From positions 881,600 to 945,599 of the forward strand of contig NW_014577071.1 in NCBI RefSeq assembly GCF_000485595.1: a stretch of DNA of 64,000 bases. Direction: 5' to 3'. Positions 1 through 14,080 of this stretch are shown piece after piece (within the stretch, counting starts at the first letter, position 1; the number at the start of each line of letters is the position of its first letter). The notes below the pieces were generated by a model. That model had not been told where the DNA came from and ran no database searches. It saw only the letters and a program-made list of their open reading frames with translations. Position numbers and translations under genes: made by a program. This DNA is from Priapulus caudatus (lineage: Eukaryota).

Positions 1-139
1 TGCTATTGCTATTGCTATTGCTATTGCCATTGCCATTGCCATTGCCATTGCCATTGCTATTGCTATTGCTATTGCTATTGCTATTGCTATTGCTATTGCT
101 ATTGCTATTGCTATTGCTATTGCTATTGCTATTGCTATC
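1..139. repeat. (GCTATT)n/(GCCATT)n hexamer microsatellite; second copy at ~14807-14898
   Basis: Direct reading of tandem units. Confidence 0.95.
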
Positions 140-718
140 GCTCTTGCGTTCCCTACTGTTATCGCTGCACCGTCTATTTTAGATGCCGTTTCTATTTTCG
201 ACGACACGCGTTCGGGAGACAGACGGGCCATAACGTCGGCGATTAAAGCCGTTTATTACGTGTATACGACCACGTCGCGTGACGTCTTTGCCTATCGTGC
301 GTAGGCACTGCTCCCGTGCTAACACAGACTGATAGCGTGATACGGTGACAGGCCGCGATAAAATTTCCACTCAAATTCCAATTATCTTTCACTTATTCCA
401 TGCTTAATTCAAACTGTTCGACGCAGCGTTCCTTGGAGTTAAAAGCTAAATGAGTAATAACGCCAAACTGGATATTTTCATAATATGTTCTTTCGAAACA
501 ATTTTTTCTGAACATCCACAATTATGATACTCTTTTATACTTCATATGTAAGCGTATAGCAACGCATAACAATGCAAGCTCAAGTAATAATATGATCTCA
601 TTTTGAACATATGAGGAAATATCGCTTAATAATGGTTCCTAATTACTCTCCCTTATTAGATCTACCCATATCACCCGCATACAGTGTTCGTAATATGACA
701 GTTTACTACTATTATATA

Positions 719-783
<65 letters not shown>

Positions 784-1027
784 GTGTGCGTGCGTGCATA
801 AGTACAGACGCTCGCGCGCATGTTCGTGTGTGCGCGCCTGCGCATGGCACCGTAGATATTCATAGGGAGGACAGACGCGGATGTTAAGCCGTGTGTTGTA
901 GCATCATATCCGAGAGGCATTATAGCTCATTATACGAACAAACGTCGAGCACAGCTGATGCCTCGCGCTGTGCGCATAAGCACTTTTACATCGCATGGAC
1001 TAATTCTCTATACGTTACCTGGCTGTG

Positions 1028-1070
<43 letters not shown>

Positions 1071-1564
1071 GCGTGTGCGTGTGCGTGTGCGTGTGCGTGT
1101 GCATATGGTTGAGAAGAGCAAAAAAACTTAATAGCTTCGCGCTGAAATGACAACCGCGGCTCTCCTTTCCTTAACTATATCTTTTCCTTCTGTGAGTCTC
1201 TTCCTGCCCGGTTGACGGCCTGCGGCCACGACACTTGCCCAATGCCAATGTATCCAATATAAAAGCACAAACCATCAAGCCCGGCATCGTTGCTTATGTC
1301 TTGGCTATCATGTTCCGGATGATTCCATTGTTCCTCGGTTTTCCCGATCTCGATGGCACGCGTACGTGCGTGTAGGAGAAGAAGGAGGAGGAGGAGGAGG
1401 AATCGGACGCAACTTTTTCGGCCCCCGTCCGTCGCGTATAGCAAGCCGTGCCACATCCGTACGCGCGGGCGTAGCCTCTGATGCGGGTAAGTACGTGTTG
1501 TCGCCGAGCGATTGACCGGCGCGTGTCCGGCCGCGCGGCGGCTGGCAGCAGCGGCGCACCGCGC

Positions 1565-2184
1565 GCCACGCAGCCAGCAGCAGAGTAGCAGAGTAGCAGT
1601 AGCTACTCTATGCCTAGTAGCTATGCAGTAGTAGTAGCTAGCAGCAGCAGCCAGCAAGTAGCAGCCAGTAGCGAGTAGCAGGAGTAGCAGTCCAGTACGC
1701 AGTAGCGCTCTAGCTAAGCAACCGAGTAACAGCAGGCAGCCAGCAGTTTAGTAGTAGTAGTGTAGTAGTAGCTAGCCAGCAGCAGCAGGCAGAGCAGCAG
1801 CAGCCAGCAGCCAGTAGCTTAGTAGCAGCAGTAACAGCCGCAGCCACAACTACCACCAGCAAGCAGCAGCAGCAGCTAGTGCAGCACCGCATAGCAGTAG
1901 CAGCAGCAGCGGAGCACCATAGCCAGTAGCAGTAGCAGCAGCACCAGTAGCAGTAGCAGCAGTAGCCCAGCAGCAGACCACAATCACCTCTATCTCTCTA
2001 TCTTCACCACAGCAGCAGCAGCGAGCAGCGAGCATGTCATAGCAGCTCAGCAGTAGCAGTCTACAGCAGCCCACAGTAGCAGTTCGTTAGCAGCACCCCC
2101 CTCCCCCCCCGCCCCGCCCGCCCCCCCCCCGCCCGCCCCCCCCTGCGAGCCAGCAGCAGCACAACTACCACCACCATGCAGCAG
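1565..2184. repeat. Degenerate (CAG/TAG)n trinucleotide repeat with a C-rich patch
   Basis: gcagcagtagcagtag... runs; a similar short run lies at 14347-14412. Confidence 0.85.
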
Positions 2185-2209
2185 NNNNNNNNNNNNNNNN
2201 NNNNNNNNN
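2185..2209. other. Assembly gap (25 N)
   Basis: N run. Confidence 1.
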
Positions 2210-2930
2210 AGCGTGTGCGTGTGCGTGGTGCGTGTTGCGTGTGCGTGTGCGCTGTGCGTGTGCGTCGTGCGTGTGCAGTGTGCGTGTGCGTCTCGTGCGT
2301 GCGTGTGTGTGTGCATGATTGCGTGTACGTGTGTGCGTTTACATATACGTGCACTCGCGTGAGCGTGTGCGTGTGCGTGTGCGTTGCGCGTGCATGCAGA
2401 TAGGAACATGTGCGTGTACTCTGTATGATATGTGGATGTACGTGCGGTGTACGGTACGTGTGTACGTTACATGTGTATGTAGTGCGTTACGTGTTATGGC
2501 TACCACACATGTGCGTGTACGTTGTGCTGCTGCGTGTTGCGTGTGCGTGTGCGTGTGCGTGTGCGTGTTGCGTTTGTGCGTGTGCGTGTGCGTAGGGTGT
2601 GTGCATGTTGCGTGTGCGTGTGCGTGTCGCGTTTACAGTATACGTGCACGCCGTCGAAGCGTGTGCGTGTGCGTGTTGCCGCTGCGCGTGCATTTCGTGT
2701 TTACGTGTGCGTATGTAGCGTGTGCGTTATAACGTGTGTGTTTACGTAGTACTTGCACCCGTGAGCGTGCATGTGCGTGATAGCTGTGTGCATCAGCTGC
2801 GTATTCATCGTGCGCGTACACTTTATACGTGTGTGTGTTGTGCTCTGCGTCGTGCGCTGCACAAGCATGTGTATGTGCTGTGCGTATAGGGCGTGTGTGT
2901 GCTTTTGCGTGTGCATGTAGGCGTGCTGCG
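2210..2930. repeat. Degenerate (GT)n/(GCGT)n/(GTGCGT)n compound microsatellite
   Basis: Direct reading. Similar tracts at 719-800, 1025-1102, 13935-14330, 15825-16710, 27380-28007. Confidence 0.9.
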
Positions 2931-3309
2931 AATCTTCTACATTATAAAATCTAATGCGTACGCTGTCCATCATATTATGTTACTCGCCCGAGATTTTTCC
3001 TCGTGCAAGATTTTTAACAGCTTATAGTTTGCGTCTGCCCCTCTGTGTGCACGCGTAGCAACGTAACCCTGCCACACCAGAACACAGAGGTCACTGTGCG
3101 GTATTACGAAGGCGCCCATGGTATCAACAATAGCTTCCTCAAGATGCCCACCAATCATTTGTCACGTGCCAGCTCATGCCAGTTCTCAAGCGATTATACT
3201 AGAGTTTCGCTGCGAAGGCGAATTTCAATATGCACGCCGACGTATGCGAAACTTCACGTAGAGACTAGCACGAAGCAATAACTGTAAGAAAATGCGAGGC
3301 GAATTTTCG

Positions 3310-3780
3310 TGCGTGCGTAGTGCTGTGTGTGCTGTGGTGTGCGTGTGTGTGTTGTGTGTGTGTGTTTGTGTGTGGGTGTGTGTGTGTGCTGTGTGTGTGT
3401 GTGTGTGTGTGTGTGTGTCGTGTAGTGTGCTGTGCTGTGGTGAGAGGGCAAAAGGCCAGAAAGCAGATAAAGAGAGGAAGGTGGAGAGAGAGAGAGGGGA
3501 GGAGAAAGACGAGAAGATGGAAAGGTGTAGCGGAAAGCCGAAGCGGGGGGCGGGGCGTGCCAGGAGGAGAGAGAGCAGAGAGGGCAAGAGAGACAAGAGA
3601 GCAGATGGAAAGGCAAAAGCATTAAAGGAGAGAGAGAGAGAAGAAAAGAGCTGAGATCGAGAAAGCAGAGGGGAAGAGAGAGAGAAGCAGATAGAGAGAG
3701 AAACAGAGAGAGAGGTCGCGCGAATAGAGAGAGGAGGAGAGAGACGCAAAGACCGAAGAGCAGGAGAACGCGAGCAGGAA

Positions 3781-3820
<40 letters not shown>

Positions 3821-3850
3821 CAGAGGAGAAAGAAAGCAGAGAGAGAGAGA
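3310..3850. repeat. (GT)n followed by degenerate (GA)n tract; second copy ~17094-17628
   Basis: Direct reading. Confidence 0.9.
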
Positions 3851-6787
3851 GTTCCAAAACATTCCTAACTCGATTCTTTGTCTTACTGTTGGCAGGTCGG
3901 TCTGCTGCTCGCATCATCACAGATCAGCTGAATGTCTTTGCGTTTACACCGAAACCATCACATCTGTTCGGCAAAGAGTTCAAGTTAATGTTTAATTTGA
4001 GCGCACTGAAACTCTGGCGCGATGCAATGTTTACACGTCCTATGATAGCCGATGAAGAGCCAGTGTTACAGACGCCCTTTCTCCCAGATGGTTATCCCAG
4101 ATGTTTTCCACCGTCATCATTTTAGGTTTTCAATTTACACGTGTTTTTATTCTGCATGGCCACAATTCATGCCGATATGCTGACGACCCCCCCCCCATAA
4201 TGTGTTTAGCGAGACAACGTTAATTCAAATAATTCTGGATCGTTTCAGTTTAGTCATGAAATTCATTACTGTACCATACGTCATAGCATAGATCGGTTGT
4301 TTCAAAGTATCGTGTCAACGTTTACTGACTTGCATAAAGAAATTCAGTATCGATGTTACGTCGGCTTCAAGTGGCAGGTTCGCCCCAATTAGCTACTCGC
4401 GTTAATAAGCTATACAAACGGCTGTTTTTCGTGGATTGATATGAAGAATTGAGCATTGCTACTCGTGATGCTTCACGGTTGCGACTATGGTATTAAACGG
4501 AGCCGTATTATGACCTCTATACTGTGCTGTAACTACATAAGCCTGTTAGCTGTGTATTTTTTCATCGGTATCTGGTAACCTTTGACAGCCGCAGATATAG
4601 CCATTCTTTCCTTCGTAAAGCATAGCGAGTACGCATGTCGAAGTGTTTCGGGAAAAGCGAATTGCAATTACACATTGTGCCTAGGAACGGTATAGAGTTA
4701 ATCAAAATGTGTTTTTTCTTGCCCAAGGAGCCAGTGTCTGATTACGCTAAGCCTCCATGTTTTTTTTAGTAATGCACGATGTAGGCCCCTATGCAAAGGC
4801 GAGCACGCCGAGCGGTGGAAAAATCGCAGTCGTGCCCACATAATCGCAATTACTTGATATAATTAGGAAAGCCGAAATTCTAGTGTCCAATCGACAACCC
4901 GCTGGGATATAGGCGCTGCGTACGAACAAAACCATGGTTGGAAGAATAAACAAGTAGATTACAATTAAGTTGGTGACGCGTAACAAGCGAGGAAACGTAA
5001 AATTGCACAGTCGGGAACCATGTAAATGCCCTCATTTCGCTATAGAGATAGCCTATAGATTGAACTAGTATGCACCACTCAATCAGGAAGACCCCCCCCC
5101 CCACGCAACCCATGCCAAAAATTAATGTTGGCGCACATCGATTATGAATGTCTACTCTGGCCAGTATATCGTCACTAACTCCACCATGACATTGTCACAT
5201 CATTGGGCGAAGTTAGTCAGATACCCACCGATAATCAGAGTACCCAGGAAGACGTCGATCGAGTATATAATTTATATAGTTTTTTTCTGCACCTGTGACG
5301 GTCGTAGATAAATGCGAGACTTTGCTTGCGCATTGCGTACATTGGACATAAACACTGCGAACGGATTGAATGCTGTAATTAGCAATAATTTAGGACCTAG
5401 ATATCTCTGATGCACAGACTAAAATGCGAGCGCTGAGAGCTGAATAGACGGAGGGTGATAGACGCGGATTAGAAATAGACGGAGATGATTAGAAATAAAT
5501 TATAACATAACATAATAAAAATAATAATAATAATAATCAATAATAATTAATAAGTATATTATTATTACTATTATTATTGATTATTATTAGATGATTAGTA
5601 ATAATATACTGATAGCCAATAGAGGATGAAAACGTCGACAAGAAAGCCGCAGTGCGTTTTAATAATTATTGCCTTAAACTGTTCGACGCATAATGAACAA
5701 TTATGAATGCGCCCATAACACGCGACCACATTTTTTCACACCTGTCTTCCCATTTCTTTAACCTTCATAACCATAGCTTCCTTGCTCAACCTTAATGCGA
5801 TGTTTTGTCACATATTGCACGCGCCCATTCGAGAGGAAAGGTACACGAGATAGCTTGCCACTATTCCATTAGAATCCATTATATTACAAGAGTTATATAG
5901 ACTAAATACATAATTTATGGCGTTCCGCTACGCTTGCCGTCCGCTGTCGCAGACTTAATGCTTTTCGCCATTCCGTGTATTACGCTCACACGGCATCCGC
6001 GCGTGCCACACATGCTACTGCTTACTTGTCATGTCTTGGGGGGGGGGGGGTCTGTCGACGGTGCGGATAGAGCGTCACGTTAGCTGCTCACCAACCTACC
6101 TCCACGATCACCCCTTCACGCCGTCACACCTTGCCATATCCTCTATACACGCTCCCCCCTCTACTCTCTAGTACGAAAATAGTTTCAGGTGTATGCAATC
6201 ACGATTGTCTCTCATGTTATCCGCCCAGCATTAGAATGAACAATGCATTAGCGCGAGTTAATTGGAGATTGTGAGCCGCTCAACTCCGGTACAAATCTCG
6301 CGGAAACCAGCTGTCATTAGTAATATCACAAAAATCTCGTAAACATGTGGTTTGGAAAGACGAGCCTTTACAGTCGCCCTCGCAAATCCGCCCTATCAAA
6401 CTGCACATGCTCTGCGTGAAAGATCACTCTTTTTACGCCTCATAAAATCTTGTTTACCATACGCTGGCAACTGAAAAATTGAACACTGGCTTGTTAGAGG
6501 TTTAGGTAGGCATAGCAGCCTAGAGTAATCTTACGAGGACGACGAAAGCAAAATTGTTTCGCCAACCTGGAATGTTTAAACCCCTTCGTATCTATTAGCT
6601 TTTCAATATGCTCATTGTAACGAAAATAAATTCTACCATTATGTATAAAAAATGCAGATTTTATGGTTTTCCATGCAATTCGTGCTCGCAATTAAGTTCA
6701 TTGTGCCACTAGGGATATTCCTGTGCGAGCGTCTCTTTATGGCTGTTGCTCTGGCTATTAGTCAAGCCACCCCCCCCCCCCCCCCCC

Positions 6788-6843
<56 letters not shown>

Positions 6844-9800
6844 AATTACACGAGTAAATATATTGCCGAAATCCTTCCATTTGACGCATGCTAATATTTA
6901 TGCGTGTAGGACACTCCTGTACTGAAGCAGTGGATTAATTAGAAACCTGACATGTCTAGATGCGCAGAGCGCCTTGCACGAGAGAATACTTTTCCGGTGG
7001 CAGAGGATCAGGAGGAGTATATGCGTGCGGCTGCCACTTATAGCTCGTGTGCGGCATGGATGAAGTCTAGCCAGCCAGCATGCATGCGGATCGGCCCAGA
7101 TCAATATTGTTTAGGCAATAAAGTTTGCGATATACACGCTAAAAGTTAGCTGCGCGCGCGCCGTGAAGAGCGCCGCGGACTAGCAAATGGTTACGGCGGG
7201 CGCCGTTTATCGTTGTTTACTGGGTATGTACCGGAGCGGGCCTCCTGGATAAAATGCTGGAGGCTTCACTGCTTAAGCTTTGATAGTTAAAATCTTTTAT
7301 AATGATAGGAAATATGAGTTCGCCCCGACAGATCGCCAACGCCCGGCTTGCGTGCCCTGATAACCGCTCTCTGAGCGTCAGCTGTGAAAGTGTGTCAGTT
7401 CAAGCAGGCGTTCAGGCGAGACTGCAGCTAAGCTTTCGCGCGCGGGAGCGAGCAGAGTCTTCGCACCTATTCGTTATTCTCTGCCGCGGCGCAGCGCTAT
7501 TGTCCCCATTTATGCTTTACCTGTCATCCACGCGCGGAAGCGCGCCGTATACGCTGCTTGCTCATAGTTGTATGCATCGTCATCTCTTATTACACGAAGA
7601 TCCGCGTGCTGTGACGATACGCGTGCTGGCCTGGTGCATGTTACTGCATGCGCACACTGTAGCGGTGGAAATGTGATGCTGTGTACAGCGTCGGAACACG
7701 CAGAGCGATAACGCTTGGCCGCAAGTTATTAACGAGTTCTGCGAAAGGGAAGAAGTAGGCTGCCGTCGCGGGCCGACGTCGCGGCGCAGAATGTCAAGCC
7801 GACATGTCTACGATCGACGGTGTTTTCTACGGTCGTACGTAATGTGCACGACGGTCTTGGACTCGCTGCGCGCGCGCAGGGGCGTGCATGCGCGCGGGCG
7901 TGCGATTTGCGCGTGCGAAGTCGAGCGCGTGCTGTGAGCGGGCGTACGTGCGTACGTGTGCGGCGCGTGGGGCGGCGTGTGCGCGTGCGTTAGTGTGCTC
8001 GCTCGAATGCGTGAGCGTTCTATCGTGTAAAACTACATTGCCTAACTTGTTTTTTCTAAAGGATTAACCCAGCCGTTTGCAAATCTGGTCGGTGCCGCTG
8101 CCCGTGCCGGGCACGAATCTGCCCTTCCCCTCCCCCATAGCTACGCGCAGTACCATTTTCTTGACAATTATGCACGTGCTGTTGCGCTAGATACCAAGGG
8201 CAGCTTAGATAGGAAAAAAATGTTGCGTCTCAATGACTCACTTCATTCGTATAGGCAATAAATTCTTCAAACATCCGAAAAAGCTGAGAATAGAAAAATA
8301 AAGCTCAGCCGCGTGTGTCTGCTGCGCATGCCTGCAATCTGCTATACTGAAATATACCTTTGTTAGAATTGTGTATTTCAATAAGGAAGATGACATACCA
8401 AGGAAGATTTTCTATGAAAAAGTAAAACGCCATTTTCTTGTGTATACAATTGAGACTGAACCCAATTTATCTCAACATCCGAATTATAATTATTTCAATT
8501 TTGTGTTGCCGCTTGGTCGGCCGCTTAGTGTCGCGTGCTGTTAGAATAGTAGCTTACGCGGTGTTAAGTAGTGTGGTATATGATAAAACAAAGTATATTC
8601 GTATATAAATTTGCTAAATTATAACCCTTGTACTGAGTGCATACTCCGTAGCCAGTAAGACGATATCGGTTGATCCAATGATTAACTTTTGTATTTGTAT
8701 GTTGTATTGTATTATATCTTGTATTGTATTGTAATCAATATTGTAAGGTAAAAAATATTCAAACTCATTCCCAAAACGTGCGATAGAATCATAGGGTCAG
8801 CATGTGCCTGCTTGCGCATGGCTACTATAGCTGCAAATGGACAATATCATTTGTTGTAATTATGCTATTTAAAAAAAGAGAGGACTTGTTCAAGACTAGG
8901 TTACTCTGAAAAGAAATGCTAAAACGCCTTAGGTCCATGCATATAATAGAGCTAGCCCAAGTCTTCTCACATCTCAATTCCATACATTACGTTGCCGTTG
9001 GATGCGCGCTAGTGTCACGCAGAAAAGTAGTATATGATGCGCCAATGAAATACATTTATATGCGATTATGTTAAAGTTATCCAACCGGTTAGTAAGCAGC
9101 ACGCAGTAGTAGTTAAAGTAGAAAAATCGTAATTGGTCCACTTCGTGGATTAGTTCGTACCGCACTACGATGCCACTCACGAGTTCAAACTTGTCCCTGC
9201 GACTGCCCACACTATCTGCATCATCTATATGTAAGAATTCACATTTTTCTAGAAATTATATTTAGAAAAAGAACGTAATCGGAATATTGTTTTTTGCTGT
9301 GATAAAATTGTGAAATTCATTCGGACTTGCGCCTTACATAGGAAGTCGAGCACATCATATATCGCGATTTCGGCGCCAACAGGCGATATGAAATTATATA
9401 CATTTTCTGTTGACGTTGCTGGCGCTTACTGTTACGCATGCCGAACTGTATGCTTGGATGCTAATAATTATTGTTATGATGTAAGCGTAATTCGCGATAA
9501 TAGGGTGCAGACAAATGCGTTTGCCTAGGATGGTCGGAAATGCATCGTGACGCTTTGCGTCATGGACAGTTGATCGTGGGTCCGTTGCTGTTGACGTGCC
9601 AATGTCGAAGGAACTGTCCTCTGCTTGCTTCCCACCAGCTACGGCCCTCGTACTGTGAAATGCACTGGTATAGCAAATGTGCCGTGGAATGCTTTTGCGT
9701 GCGCGTACTATGTCCTTGTTCGCCCTCCACTGTTGCAGCGTACGCATGCAGTACGTCCTGCGGGCCTACGACTTTCATGGAGTACTCGAAAAAATTCCGT

Positions 9801-11842
9801 TTACGCGTATTTCTACTAGAAAAAAGGGAGGGTAAAATATACAGATAGTCATTCATGGCGTTCGAAAAAACCATTGCAGCGATGCTCCAGCACGGTGCTG
9901 CGGTCAGCAGTTAATTATTATTATGATTGTTGCGTCCAGGACAACATTTTCTAATTACAAGCAAAAAATGCTGTAATTAAAAAACCCGCAGGAACTGCCT
10001 GCGTCCACAATAATCGCCTGCAGAAAAACACGCTATTTCATCACAGACGCATGTGAGCAGCGTGGAACACAAAATATTGTGTCAAAACCACAATGCTTGT
10101 GATGGAGAAGTAATAAAATAGAATTGTCATCGACAGCCTTCGCGATCGGTGAACACTTTTTAAATGTCAAACGACGACGGTCTGATACCGGATTCCCTGA
10201 TGAGCCAGGAAAACAGATGGCCGCATTGGAGACAAAGATGCCCGCTTACAGGTGTTCTGATTTGCATAATAAAATAGCTGAAAACCCGTATTACGCAACT
10301 AATATTAACCAATACATTTAGGAAAGCATATAGCAGCAGATTGCATCGATAGACAGAGAGCGGCTGCGACGTCACGTGTCATTGCAGTCACGTGATTCAC
10401 CTTCGGGCCTATTGCTCGTGTAACACATAAACCATATGCATATCGCAATTATTGGAATAATCAAACATACATTTAGGCTTGATGGTTAACTGCGTGAAAT
10501 TGCCACATATATGCTAAATTGTGTGTGCCGAGGAAAATTAAGGCGGGGGTGGCGTTACTTGAAGCAGAGAGTCAGGTGGGGCGTCAGTTTGAAGGTCAGT
10601 AACCGAAATCGTGAAGTCACAGGGATGCTTCAACAGCCGCACGCGCCACACGGCCCAGTACACCACCACAAACAACGACCACGCGTGCGTGAACGCGTAC
10701 GTGCGTCAATTTTCCCTATGGAACACCGATGGTCGCCATGGACACGTATTTCGTATTAATCCATTTTAAGCGCGTTAAAATAATGTTATTTTGAACTAAA
10801 ATTCGAGCCAGTCAGAAAATTTTGTTAATCAGGATTAAAATAAAGGTTTTTAAGCAAAGTTAACTGCTCTGTAATCAATATAGCAATGCACTTTTGTATT
10901 GGCGCTAGCTTCCGTTCCGCTTAATTGTTAATACCAATCAAAAATGTTAGGGCCCTAAGGCCTCCCGTGCGCGTAAGTGTGTGTGTGTGGTTGGGGGCGG
11001 GGGGGACTATAAGGTGTTACAACAGTCGTACATGTTTTTCTGCACATTCAAATGTGCCTGATAAATTATTTGGTTAATTTATAGTCATCTTGGGTCTATA
11101 CATTTATGAAGTGGCCATGTCGCAACATGACCACGGACAACCTGGGGAACCGGTGCAAATACACCACCACCCACGCGCGCGCGCCGAGCGAACGTGCTAC
11201 AAGATATTGGGATATTGACTGCATCGATGCGAAGCTTTCCAAGCGCGGCTTTATTGCATATAAAGATGAACTCGTCAACGGGAAACCATATAGCAAGGAC
11301 TAAGAGTTGTAAATTTCATTTCAACCCTTGGCGACACTTGGCCCTCATAATTTCTCCGCTAAAGCCTTCTTATCTGTATTAATGCAGAGTACAGTTTCAA
11401 TATGGCACCGGTCGGCGCCTGGAAGAAAGGCGGCTGCGGATGTTGTTGCCGGCGCAGAACCACATGAATAGAACAATGCTTAATGTGTTGTTAGTGCCCT
11501 ACAGAATGTATCGCCTCAACGTTGCTTCTCTCGCAATGAGGTGGAATACAATAAAACTATGGCGCTATAGCAGTGCTTTCTTTGAACTATTTCAGTGTCG
11601 CTTCGCATCGGACTTCTTTATCACAAAATTTCATTCACCTCGACTAATATTTCCTTTTTACCCGAAAATTTTCATCACCCCCAATTGATTGTCATTCACC
11701 TTTGCGTGGGCCCATCACCAGTTTAAGAAGCACTTGGCTGTAGCACACAAGTTAATAAATTCCAGCCCCATTTTGAAGCGTTTAAATATCACCACTCACT
11801 GTACTGTATCATACCGTACTGTTGTTGTCTGCTCTCTGGTGT

Positions 11843-13333
11843 GCTATTACTATACTATAACTATACTATACTATACTATTACGTATACTATGCTATGCTA
11901 TGCCCTATGGCTTATGCTATGCTATGCTATGTAACTATACGCTATTAGCTATACTTATACTATACTATACTTTATGCCTATGCTATGTATGCTATGCTAT
12001 GCTATGCTATGCTATCTATGCTATGCTATGCCTATGCTATGCTATTGCTAGGGCTATGCTATGCTATGCTATGCTATGCTCTACTCTACTCTACTCTACT
12101 CTACTCTACTTCTACTCTACTCTACTCTACTCTACTTACTCTACTCTCTCTACTACTCTACTCTACTCTACTCTCTACTCTACTCTACTCTACTCTTAAC
12201 TCTACTCTACTCTACTCTAACTCTACTCCTACTCTACGCTACGTCTACTCTACTTCTACTCTACTCTACTCTACTACTCTACTCTACTCTACTCTACTCT
12301 TACTCTACTCTACTCTACTCGACTCTACTTACTCTACTCTACTCTACTCTACTCTACTCTACTCTACTCTACTCTACCTCTCTCGACTCTTACTCTACTC
12401 TACTCTACTCTACTCTACTCTACTCTACTCTACCTACTCTTACTCTACTCTTACTCTAATTACTCTACTCTACTCTACTCTACTCTACTCTCTCTACTCA
12501 TTACTCTTACTCTACTCTACTCTACTCTACTCTACTCTACTCTACTCTACTCTTACTCTGACTTACTCTACTCTACTCTACTCTTACTCTACTCTACTTA
12601 CTCTACTCTGACGCTACTCTACTCTACTCTTACTTCTACTCTACTCTATCTACTCTACTTAGCTCTACTCTACTCTACTCTACTCTACTCTACTCTACTC
12701 TATCTTACTCTACTCTACTCTACTCTACTCTTACTCTACTCTACTCTACTTGTACTTCTACTCTACTCTACTCTACTCTAACTTACTCTACTCTATCTCT
12801 ACTCTACTCTACTCGTACTCTACTCTTACTCTACTCTACTCTACTCTACTCTACTCTACTCTACTTCTACTCTACTCTACTCTTACGACCTTACCTTTCT
12901 TTTATACTCTACTCTACTCTACTCTACTCTACTCTACTCTACTTCTATTATTACTCTACTCTACGCTACTCTACTCTACTCTACTCTACTCTACTCTACT
13001 CTACTCTTACGTACTCTACTCTATTTTACTCTACTCTACTTACTCTTACTCTACTCTACTCTACTCGACTCTACTCTACTTCTACTCGTACTCTACTTCT
13101 ACTCTACTCTTACCTCTATCTACTCTACTCTACTCTACTACTACTCTACTCTAACTCTTACTCTAGCTTACTCTACTTACTCTACTTCTACTCTACTCTA
13201 CTCTACTCTACTCTTACTCTACTCTAACTCTACTCTACTCTACTCTACTCTACTCTACTCTACTCTACCTACTTATACTCTTACTCTACTCTACTCGTAC
13301 TCTACTCTACTCTACTCTACTCTACTCTACTCT
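11843..13333. repeat. Compound pentamer satellite (ACTAT)n-(GCTAT)n-(ACTCT)n; second copy ~25176-26794
   Basis: Direct reading. The Y/S/T/L-rich ORFs are translations of this repeat. Confidence 0.95.
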
Positions 13334-14036
13334 AAGACGTCGGGCCTGCACGTCAATTTCTCTTATCCACAATTTTATGTGACTTGCCTCATATAAACTT
13401 TGACAGCAAATCTAACACACATTCTCTTACAAATATGCATACATTACATAGATAGGATACACGCGTGCCTGGCAAGCGCAAACACGGAGCACGCAATTAT
13501 CGCTACGAAATTCATTCACTGATTGACGTCGTGAGACCAATCTGCCCCATGATAAAATGCATACTTATCATCGTTACAATAAATTCGCCGGACCTGAATA
13601 AAACACGCCAAGTACGCTACTAGTACCTTCGGAAAAACAAGACACGCAAGGCCCGATATCGGGTCAGTCAAATAGTATCCTTATCGGGAAGGAGGCAATG
13701 TCTTCTAAATCGTGGGCATGTCCGGCTGACCCGTACCAGAGAGTTCATCTTCTTGAGTACAAGATGAGTGTCGGTGGGTGTCATCACCGTGCACGACAAT
13801 CTGTGTTAATTCATGCGTCCGCCGCGTTCATGTGAAGTCACGCCTTTATTTTAATTTTGTTTTATTTTGAATGCGTTTTTTATTTCATCCTGCAAGCGCA
13901 CGCATTGTGTTACTTTATCTTAGAATGCTAACGTTCGCGCGCGCGGCGCGCGGCGCGCGCGCGCGCGTGTGTGTGTGTGTTGTGTGGTGTGTGTGTGTGT
14001 GTGTGTGTGTGTTGTTGTGTTGCGTGGTGTGTTTGT

Positions 14037-14080
<44 letters not shown>

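Larger units (their letters stand above)
183..11303 (+). other. Putative multi-exon protein-coding gene of unknown product (exon-like islands ~183-344, 856-1024, 3059-3241, ~5110-5300, 7689-7864, 9529-9739, 11085-11303); repeated in copy 2
   Basis: Non-repetitive islands, most starting after a YAG acceptor and ending at a GT donor, give protein-like peptides when the two noisy copies are reconciled. No family recognised. Confidence 0.35.

Noticed and set aside
611..3920. Many C/V/R/H/T- or L/S-rich ORFs here and at 13.9-17.7 kb, 27.3-28.1 kb, 39-41 kb and 44.6-45 kb
   Set aside because: Translations of GT/CA/GA microsatellites, open in several frames on both strands.
6770..6842. Long poly-C tract giving a polyproline ORF (also poly-G 6038-6050, poly-C 4187-4196)
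   Set aside because: Absent at the equivalent positions in copy 2; typical raw long-read homopolymer artefact.
10194..10235. CTGATGAG-CCA...TGGC resembling a hammerhead ribozyme core
   Set aside because: No GAAA after stem II, and copy 2 reads CTGTTGAG.
11900..13154. YSTLL-repeat ORFs
   Set aside because: Products of the (CTACT)n satellite.
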